Source: Alphaproteobacteria bacterium (lineage in GTDB: Bacteria > Pseudomonadota > Alphaproteobacteria > UBA828). Taken from it: DNA of 64,000 bases. The first letter of the stretch is position 1; each line of letters opens with the position of its first letter. The DNA lies in the NCBI GenBank assembly GCA_965214705.1, contig OZ243972.1, forward strand, positions 256,001-320,000, read 5' to 3'. The notes under the pieces are model-generated. The model was not told the DNA's origin and did not search any database. It was given only the letters and a program-made list of their open reading frames with translations. The position numbers and the translations under genes are program-made. Shown piece after piece: positions 37,921 through 46,400 of the stretch.

Positions 37921-38411
37921 GCAGAATCACGCCAGTGTCGAAAACCGGAGCGGAAATCCGTCGTCAAATAGCGTGCGAAACAACACTGGATCGGGCGTGA
38001 ACAAGCCGGCTCGCACAGCCGCACCGAGCGTTGGCCCCGGCGATGGCCCGCCCCCGCCGGGTGAGAGCCGGGACGCTACACGATGGGTGCAAGGCCGGGC
38101 GGAGAGGTTCCGGGCGCCAGCTGGGCCAATGTCGGCTCATCGCGGGCAAGGCGCAGGAGGTCGAGCCCGGCTCGCAGGAGGTCGAAACGGCCGAATGGCA
38201 GCCTCGCGCGGCTTGCGCCGGCAAGCGGCGGCGAACCGGTCCAGGATGCGCGATGACGGGGTGCTCGAAATGGAGCTTTGCCCCGTCCGCACGCGAGGGA
38301 GCCGATGGAAGACGCAGAGGCGGTGTCGCCTGCTCGGGCGCCCGTGCGCCGGCACAGGCGCCGCTCCGCGATCGGCCTGCCGGCCGCGCTTCGAGCATGT
38401 CGATGCAGCCC

Positions 38412-39236
38412 CTAATATTGCAGCGTTCCTGTCAGAACGGGGCGCACCTTCCCACCCACGCGGAGCCGCTCGGCGACGTCCAGATACAATCGCGACGGGC
38501 GAGCGATCTCGAAACCCTGCTCCACGACAACCCGGCCGCTCCGGCCGAGCGATCGCAGATGCGCCGCGAACGCAGCGTTCGCGCTCCCCGTCGCAGGGTC
38601 TTCGTGCCAGGTCCCGTGGAAGGTCAGCATGCGGGCCGCGAAGTGCGCATCGTCGTTGTAGGGATCTTCGGCGAAGACGAACAGGGAGAGCCAGCCCCCG
38701 GCCGCCACGTCTTCGTACACGGCAGAATCGACCGCCGTCCGGCGCAGGGCATCGAGCGAGCGGACGCCGGTCAGCAGGAACCATGGTCCCACCGTGGCGA
38801 ACCGGCACGGGTAGCGGCCGTCCAGGTCGGACACATCCAGACCGAGCAGCGCAGCGGCGCGCGGCCGGTCCAGCAACTCCCCCATCGCCACCGCCGGAGG
38901 TCGCATCCAGGCGATGCCGTCCTCGAAGGTCACCGGTACTCGCCCGGCGGCGAGGTCCAGCGTATAGGAACCTCGGTCGCGGCCCAGCACCCATGCGGTG
39001 CCCAGCGTCGGATGCCCGGCGAACGGCAATTCCCGGTCCTTCGTGAAGATGCGGACACTTGCCTCCCCGGGGCGCTCGTCGATGACAAAGGTCGTCTCCG
39101 AGAAATTCATCTCGCGGGCGACAGCCTGCATCGCCTCGGTGTCGAGGTGGGCGCAGCGGCGGATCACCGCCAGTTGGTTGCCCTCGAGCGGGCGCTCGGC
39201 GAATACGTCCACGATCGAGCAGTCCATCGCCGCCAT
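38412..39236 (-). CDS. PhzF-family isomerase/epimerase
   Basis: 'VDVFAE..LEGNQLAV', 'EMNFSETTFV', 'ELPFAGHPTLG', 'EDPATGSA'. Confidence 0.9.
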   Translation of the reverse strand: MAAMDCSIVDVFAERPLEGNQLAVIRRCAHLDTEAMQAVAREMNFSETTFVIDERPGEASVRIFTKDRELPFAGHPTLGTAWVLGRDRGSYTLDLAAGRVPVTFEDGIAWMRPPAVAMGELLDRPRAAALLGLDVSDLDGRYPCRFATVGPWFLLTGVRSLDALRRTAVDSAVYEDVAAGGWLSLFVFAEDPYNDDAHFAARMLTFHGTWHEDPATGSANAAFAAHLRSLGRSGRVVVEQGFEIARPSRLYLDVAERLRVGGKVRPVLTGTLQY

Positions 39237-39393
39237 TCCCCACTGCCCTGTCGGGACGGCGCTCCCGTTGCGGGCGCGTTCGCCCGTTTCGCAAGCCCTT
39301 CGCGCGCCCGAAGGCTCCGCGCCCGGCCCGGATCGCCGGCGGCCCGTCACCGGGATATCGTGCGCGCCCGCGCCCGCGCGGCGGTGCCCCGCC

Positions 39394-40236
39394 TCACAAG
39401 AGCTCTATGTCGATCGCCTGCGGGCCGCGCGCGCCCTGCGCCACCATCACACTCACCCGCTGGGCCGGCTCCAGAGCGCCCAGGCCCGCCCGGTTGAGCA
39501 CATTCCCGTGCACGAACACGTCCCGGCCGCCGCCGTCTGGAACGACGAAGCCGTAGCCCCTGGCGGCGTCGTAGAACTTGACGAAGCCGCGACGCTCCTC
39601 GGCCGGCCCTGCCGGCACGTCATGGCCAACCCCGCGTTCGCGCGAACCATGCCGTGGCTCATCGCGCCCCGCACGGGGAGCCGGCGCCGTCGATGCGTCC
39701 ACGGCCAGGATGGAGGACACGACCGGCCCCCTCCGTCCGTCCACCACCTCGCAGGTCACACTGGCGCCCTGCGGGAGCCTGTCGTAGCCCGCCCCTTCGA
39801 CGACCGAGACATGACAGAACGCATCCGGTGAGCCGTCGTCGGGAGCCAGGAACCCGAAACCCCTCGCCGCAACGAACCATTTCACCGTCGCCACGAGACG
39901 GCGCGCGGCAGCCGGCACCCGCTCGCCCTGCACATGGCCGTACTCCCCGCGTATCGGCCCACCGCTCCCTGCCGGCGCGGTGGATGGAACCGGAGCATCG
40001 ACGGCGTGGATCCGCCCGACCTGCGGACCTTGCCGGCCCTGCACCACCTCGCAGGTGACGCTCGCGCCCTCGGGGAGCGTGTCCCAGCCCGCCTGAGACA
40101 CTGCCGAGGCATGGCAGAAGAGATCGCGCGAGCCGTCGGCAGGGGCCAGGAAGCCGTATCCCCTCACCGAATCGTACCACTTGACCGACGCAACGACCGC
40201 AGCGCCGGGGACTGCCTCTGAAACGATCTCCTGCAT
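39394..40236 (-). CDS. Protein with three tandem cold-shock domains
   Basis: Three repeats: 'VKWYDSVRGYGFL', 'VKWFVAARGFGFL', 'VKFYDAARGYGFV', each followed by 'D.F.H'. Confidence 0.88.
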   Translation of the reverse strand: MQEIVSEAVPGAAVVASVKWYDSVRGYGFLAPADGSRDLFCHASAVSQAGWDTLPEGASVTCEVVQGRQGPQVGRIHAVDAPVPSTAPAGSGGPIRGEYGHVQGERVPAAARRLVATVKWFVAARGFGFLAPDDGSPDAFCHVSVVEGAGYDRLPQGASVTCEVVDGRRGPVVSSILAVDASTAPAPRAGRDEPRHGSRERGVGHDVPAGPAEERRGFVKFYDAARGYGFVVPDGGGRDVFVHGNVLNRAGLGALEPAQRVSVMVAQGARGPQAIDIELL

Positions 40237-40577
40237 TCCGACCGACCTGCTTTCCGTGAACTGCCGAGCCGACCCCGCCGAGGGGTCCGCGGCGCCATGA
40301 AGATTCCGGCGGCTGGCCGCCGCCGGGCGGGCGCGCATCATATCGACCGCGCGCGGAGGGCGACAGGCTCCATCTGCCGCTCCGTCTCCTGTTCCGGGCT
40401 TCCCCGGATGGCGGCGCAGCGGCGTCCGCCGGCCCGCCGGCCTTGCGCCCCGCCGCACCCTCCGGCGCCTTCCGCTGCCCGCACGCCGGCGAGAGCCAGA
40501 GCCTGGCCGGGAGCGGGCGGGCGTTCCGGCGAGGGGATGCCCGCCGCGCGCAATCTCTGACCGGAGGAGGCCGGACG

Positions 40578-40895
40578 ATGCAGACGGCTACAGCAACCGA
40601 TCGCACCGCCAACACCTATCTCGTCCACCTGTTCGGTGCCGGGCTCGAGGACGAGCGCTACGAGGTGCAGCGCTTCCAGACCGCAGCGGACGGCGAGATC
40701 AGGCCCTGGCGCGCGGGCGCGCGGGCGAAGAACGGACGCAAGCAGGCCCGCAAGATCATGAGCCTGCGCTCGGTCCAGCGCCTTCGCCCCGACCGCAACG
40801 AGATCATCATTGCCAAGGGTGTCAGTGTCGGCGGCGGCATCCAGTACTGGGGCGAGTGGACGGTCAACTTCTCTGTCGATCGCAAGCATCGGTGA
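40578..40895 (+). CDS. Hypothetical protein (105 aa), paralog of 53751
   Basis: GGAGG RBS; 'TYLVHLFGAGLEDERYEVQRFQTAADGEIRP' is conserved in the second copy. Confidence 0.75.
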   Translation: MQTATATDRTANTYLVHLFGAGLEDERYEVQRFQTAADGEIRPWRAGARAKNGRKQARKIMSLRSVQRLRPDRNEIIIAKGVSVGGGIQYWGEWTVNFSVDRKHR

Positions 40896-40973
40896 CGCGC
40901 CGCCCGGCGGGGCCGCGCTGCCGCCGGGCCGTCCGCCCGCTCGACCTCATCGCAGCCGGGGAGGAGTTCGACC

Positions 40974-41783
40974 ATGCCGCATCGGACCCGCGATGACCGG
41001 CGCGCCGGCGAGAGGCGCCGGTACGAGAGTTCGACCGCAGAACGGCGCGCGCACGGCTTGTGTGTCCGCTGCGGCAACGCCCCGCCTGCGTCCGGGCGCG
41101 CGAAGTGCGAGCCGTGCCTTGAGCAGCGTCGCCTCGCCGACCGGGCCAGATATGCCGCAGCCAAGGCTGAAGGCCGCCCATACGGCGGCAGAGACCCCGA
41201 GGCTCGCCGGGGCAATGCGCGTGCGAGGTCCAGGCGCCGCTACGAGGCGCGGCGCGCCGCCGGAACATGCACACACTGTGGCCAGCGCCCGCCTGTGGCG
41301 GGGCGCAGCAGATGCGAGCCATGCCTCGTCCGCCGCAACGCCAAGGAGCGGGATCAGTGGGCCAGGCGGTGCGCTCTCGGGCTATGCGGCAAGTGCGGCA
41401 GGCCGGCGGGCGGCGCCTCGCGATGCGGCGCATGCGCCGCCGCCCAGTCCTGCGATCCGAGGGTCAGGCGCGCCTCCGCGCAGCGCCGATACTGGCGTCG
41501 GCGCGCCCTCTCGCGCTGTACCGATTGCGGCGAGTACGCGGCCGGCGCATCGCGATGCGAGCCCTGTGCGCGCCGGTCATGGGCGCGCTCCGCCGAGCAT
41601 CGCGGGCTGCCCGCGGGCCCGACCCGCTATCGCGTGCTGGAGATCGCAACCGGGGCTGATCACGGCCAGTGGGACTCCCTGGCCGAAGTGGCGGCTTGTC
41701 TGGCGTTCGCGAACCTCTCGCCCGAGGACGTCGTCATCGAGAGCGACGCCTCGCTCATGGCCTCGTTGACGGCATGGGCGTAA
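40974..41783 (+). CDS. Arg-rich protein with 8 CxxC motifs (four putative C4 zinc fingers), paralog of 54153
   Basis: CVRC/CEPC, CTHC/CEPC, CGKC/CGAC, CTDC/CEPC; RBS present; conserved C-terminal 'AEVAACLAFANL'. Confidence 0.8.
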   Translation: MPHRTRDDRRAGERRRYESSTAERRAHGLCVRCGNAPPASGRAKCEPCLEQRRLADRARYAAAKAEGRPYGGRDPEARRGNARARSRRRYEARRAAGTCTHCGQRPPVAGRSRCEPCLVRRNAKERDQWARRCALGLCGKCGRPAGGASRCGACAAAQSCDPRVRRASAQRRYWRRRALSRCTDCGEYAAGASRCEPCARRSWARSAEHRGLPAGPTRYRVLEIATGADHGQWDSLAEVAACLAFANLSPEDVVIESDASLMASLTAWA

Positions 41784-41947
41784 GGGGCGGCGGGACGGCG
41801 ACGCCCCAGCCATCCCTCTGACGCCGGAGAGGCTGGCCAGGGAGAGTTGGAGAGTAGCTTGGAGGAGGGTGAACGGAGGAGATCAGGAGAGAGATCGATC
41901 CGTTCGACAACCTTCGTCAGCAACCTGGATGAACAGGAGACAAGACC

Positions 41948-41989
41948 ATGGCATTCGGACTGAACAGAGCCGAAGTGATCGGCCGTCTT
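41948..41989 (+). pseudogene. ssb: 5' stub of a single-stranded DNA-binding protein gene
   Basis: MAFGLNRAEVIGRL after an AGGAG RBS matches the start of 55208; the sequence then switches abruptly to AT-rich DNA. Confidence 0.7.
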
Positions 41990-42202
41990 CTCGTGAATCC
42001 CGTTTTCTCAATTTATGCATCTGTAACACACTTACATTAGGCGGATAATTAGAGAGCTTGCCTAAGCAATGCTTCTCTCCAAATCACAGTCAACACATGG
42101 TCAACACGAAGGAGCAGAATCGACAATTTTCGATTTCGGCACGATCCACTAATATGACCCTGCCCCGTTTGCGCCGTCGCAAACAACGCAGGTCGGATCA
42201 CA

Positions 42203-43393
42203 ATGTCGAGCAATCCAAGCCGCGCGCCCCACGGCCGCACGATCAGAGACAGCAACGGATATGCCGCCTTCGCACCGGCACCGCTGCCTCCGCCGGTCGC
42301 ATGGGACGACGACCTCGTGGCCGCTCTCTCCACGGCGGATCGGGCCATCGGCCGGCTCGCGGGCGAAGGCAGGCGACTTCGCAACCCCCATCTCTTCGTC
42401 AAGCCATTCGTGCACCGCGAGGCGGTGCTGTCCAGCCGCATCGAGGGCACGCGCACCACCCTAGGCGAACTGCTCGTGGCCACGGCTGGTGGGACCAGCG
42501 CTAGAGCCTCCGCAGATCTCGAAGAGGTCGCCAACTATGTCGCTGCCCTCGAGCATGGATTGGAGCGTCTGTCCTCGCTGCCGCTCTCCCTGCGCCTCAT
42601 CAGGGAACTCCACGAACGCCTCATGCGCGGTGTGCGCGGAGACGCGGCGTTGCCCGGTGAGTTTCGGCGCAGCCAGAACTGGATCGGTCCACCCGGATGC
42701 AGCCTGAGCGAGGCCACCTACGTGCCCCCGCCCCCGACCGAGTTGATGGCGTGCCTCGATCCGTTCGAGCGCTTTCTCCATGACGATACGCTGCCCCCGC
42801 TGATCCATGCCGGCCTCGTCCACGTCCAGTTCGAGGCCATACATCCCTTCCTTGACGGCAACGGCCGCGTCGGCCGTCTGCTTGTCACGCTTCTTCTGGT
42901 CGAACGTGCCGTTCTTCCGTCGCCGCTGCTTTACCTGAGCGCCTACTTCGAGGCGACACGGGAGTTGTACTACGAGCATCTTCTGGCCGTGACACGGGAT
43001 GGAGCGTGGGAGCGGTGGCTGTGCTACTTCCTGCGCGGCGTCAAAGTCCAGGCCGAGGACGCGGTCGAGCGCATGGAACAGATCGACGGCCTTCTCGAGG
43101 ACTGGCGGGAAGAGCTTGGCGGCGCCCACTTGGGTCGACCCGGGGAAGTGTTGCGCCTGTTCGCCGAGAACCCGTTCCGGACCGTGAGGGGCGTTGCCGA
43201 GGAGTTGGGTGTCGCCTACACGACGGCCCAGCGCGCCGTCGAACGACTGCAGGTGGCGGGTATCGTCTCGCCGGTCGGCTCGGCGAAACGGAACCGCGTT
43301 TATTGCGCCCGGGATATGCTGGCAGTGCTGGAGGCGCCCCGCGCGGCGGCACGGTCGCTCCCGGAAGCGCTTCCCCCTCCAGAGACAGCATGA
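42203..43393 (+). CDS. Fic-family protein with C-terminal HTH
   Basis: 'EAVLSSRIEG' and Fic motif 'HPFLDGNGRVGR'. Confidence 0.9.
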   Translation: MSSNPSRAPHGRTIRDSNGYAAFAPAPLPPPVAWDDDLVAALSTADRAIGRLAGEGRRLRNPHLFVKPFVHREAVLSSRIEGTRTTLGELLVATAGGTSARASADLEEVANYVAALEHGLERLSSLPLSLRLIRELHERLMRGVRGDAALPGEFRRSQNWIGPPGCSLSEATYVPPPPTELMACLDPFERFLHDDTLPPLIHAGLVHVQFEAIHPFLDGNGRVGRLLVTLLLVERAVLPSPLLYLSAYFEATRELYYEHLLAVTRDGAWERWLCYFLRGVKVQAEDAVERMEQIDGLLEDWREELGGAHLGRPGEVLRLFAENPFRTVRGVAEELGVAYTTAQRAVERLQVAGIVSPVGSAKRNRVYCARDMLAVLEAPRAAARSLPEALPPPETA

Positions 43394-43439
43394 GCGACAC
43401 ACACTTGCCCTCGCCGACGATCGGCTGCCCGGCGCTGAC

Positions 43440-46400
43440 CTACACGCTTGCATGCTCGTCTGGCTCGAACACGAGCTCCGGCACGACCACCTCCCAGGTC
43501 TCGCATCTCGCATTGTCCCGATACTTGGGCTCCGATGCCTCGCGGCTCCACTCGACGACGGCAAAAACCCCGGCCGATCGGCAGCCCGTGCCTGCCGGCG
43601 GCTCAAAGCCGCTGGCCATGCGGCCCACCAGCATGCCCGCCCCGTCCACCAACTCCATCCTTCCGCTCTGCGCCATGCGCGTTTCCAGCGGGTCTCCGGG
43701 CGAGAGCGCAGAGATCGCGCGGTGGACGGGATGACGGGCGCGGTGCCGTCCTGCGAACCCGAGGTCCACCTCGCCGAGACCGGCGCGCGCATGGCGGCGG
43801 TGGAGAGCCTCGGGCGCGGGAGGGAGCTCGACCCGCTCCCGCTGCACCACCGAGGGGTTGCCCGACAGCGCGTCCTGCAATCGATGAGGACCCTCGAGGC
43901 GGGCAAGCGTGAGAGTGTGCCGGGCACGGGTCATGGCGACGTAGTACAGGCGGCGCGCCTCGTCGGGGTCTTCGCCCTGTCCCAGCCGGTTCCAGCCGCC
44001 GTCCAGCACGGCGACATGGTCGAACTCCAGCCCCTTGGCGCGGTGCGCGCTCAGCAGCAGCAGGCCGTGCTGGCGGCGACGGACGTCGCGGCCCCACTCG
44101 GCGAGCCACTCGATGAAGCGGTCAACCGGCATCTCCCCGGCGCCGGCCTCCAGCGCAAGCTCCTCGACGGCCTGCCGAAGCAGGTCGTTCCATGGGTCGG
44201 CCGGCTGCGATGACATCCAATCCCGCAAAGCGCCGGCATCGATCAAGCGCGGCTGCCGGACGCGCGCCCAAGCGACCAGCGCCCGGGTCTCGCGCAGGCG
44301 CCAGAAGCTCGGGATGTCTTCGTTGCCCATCTGCGCCGGTATCCCGTGCAGCTCGCAGAAGGCCCGCAGCGGCGCGAGGTACTCCCATGTGCGGGCGATC
44401 GCAGCGCAGCGCGACCAGTCCCAGCCGGGCGCGAGCGCGGCGAGGCGCCGGAACTCCGCCATGACGCATTGCGCCTGCGAGACGGCGTCCCCTCCCGCCG
44501 GCAGGATCTGCACCCTGCCGCGGGTTACGGGGTCCATCCCTTCCCACGGACCGCCCGGCGGATCCTTGGCCCGTGCCCGGTCGATGCGGATGGGATGTCC
44601 CGCCTTCATCCTCTCCCGCGCCGGCGCGATCACCGCGTTGGCCGCCGCCACGATATGCCCGCTCGAGCGGTAGTTCGACGTGAGGTACTTCGGCCGGGGT
44701 CCGTAATCCGCCTCGAACCGGCGGATGAACTCGACGGACGCGCCGTTGAAGGCGTAGACGTTCTGATCGTCGTCGCCCACCGCGAACAGGGTGAGCCTGC
44801 CAGCATCGTCCCCGAGCGTGCGCCCAGCGAGCGCCGATATCAGCTCGTACTGCTCCGGCCCGATATCCTGGTACTCGTCCACCAGAATCCAGCGGAACCC
44901 CGCCAGCAGCCGCTCGCGGCGCTCGTCCGCTTCCTCCGGCGGCAGGCCCTCTCCGCGCAGGAGCTCGACTGCGCGGCGGATCACCTCGCTGAAGGTATCC
45001 TCGTCCGGAGGCTCCTCCCGTCCGCTGAAGCTGGCCCCGGTCAGCCGCATCGCCAGTCCATGGCAGGTCAGAACGGTCACGCCGCGCGCGTTGTCGCCGA
45101 TCAGCCCGGCGAGGCGCCGGCGGATGTCGACCGCCGCGTGACGGTTGTACGCCAGCGCCAGGATGCCGCGCGCACTCTCCCGTTTCGCGCGGACGAGCCA
45201 GGCAATGCGATGCACCAGCACTCGCGTCTTGCCGGAACCGGGACCGGCCAGCACCAGCACATGGGCCTGCTCACGGTCGTCGGCGACGATGTCCTGCTGG
45301 ACCGGGTTCTTCAGGCTCTCGACGATGGCGCGCCAGGATTCGGGCGTGGTCTCGCGGCCGATCTCCTCGTCCCGCCCGGGCAGCCAGCACTCGAGGAACT
45401 CGTCCTCGCTCAGCGCAAAGTAGTCCATGGCCAGGCGCAGCGCGTCGCCCATCGCGGCGAGGCCGCGCTGGGCGAACTCCACCATCACGTGGATCTGCAG
45501 CACCTGCCCCTTGTAGTGAAGCGCGAGCGGCTCGAAGTCGGTGCCGGCGAAGCCGCGCCGCTCCCGCTGCTCCAGGCGGATCGTCATCGCCGGGCGGAAC
45601 ACCGCCAGCCCCTTGTTGAGGCGGATCACGTCCAGCTCGTGTAGCCAGAGCAGCGCGCGGTCCAGCAGCCTGGCGGTGTCCTTGACGCCGCTCTTCAGCA
45701 CCAGGTCCCCCTCGATCGCCTGCAGCAGGTTGCCGAGGGTGGTCTCCGCCAGAAGGTCCGTGCCATGGACGCCGGAAGGCAGGCAGCCGATGAGATGCTC
45801 CAGCAGGCGCACGGCGCCCTCGCGCCGGCGCCGCGCCGTCTCCTCCAGGGCTCCCCAGTCACGCTGCAGGGCAACCCGCACGGTCTCGGCATCGAGCTTC
45901 CTCACCGCCAGGCTTCCGCCTGCACCGTCCTCGCCCCAGCCGTCGTGGGCGATGCCCCGCACGATGCGCCAGAGCCGCTCCGGCAGAGGCTCGGGCAGGC
46001 CCCGGTCGCGCAGCACCTGGGCGGCGATGCGCAGGTGCAGGGATGAGGCGTCGCCCTTGCCCAGGTCCGGCGCCGCTTCGCGCATGTGGGAGATCAGCGC
46101 GGTCTCCAGCGCCGCCGCCTCATTCAGGCGCGTCGGCGAGGACCGCTCGACGCCCGCGTGCACGAACGCGGTCAGCGCCGTGTCGTTGCTGGCGATGCCG
46201 AGCCGCTCGAGATCGTAGAGCGCGGCGCGCACACCATCGGGACCGAGACCCGATGCCGCCATCAGCTCGTCGGTGGTGACGCCTTCGTCGGACGGGGCCT
46301 CGATCAGCGTCTCGGCGATCCGCAGCAGCTGCCCGCGATAGGGGTCCGCGATGTTCGCCCGCGCGAGCCGTCCCGCGGCTTGTTCAACCGAGTTCACGCG

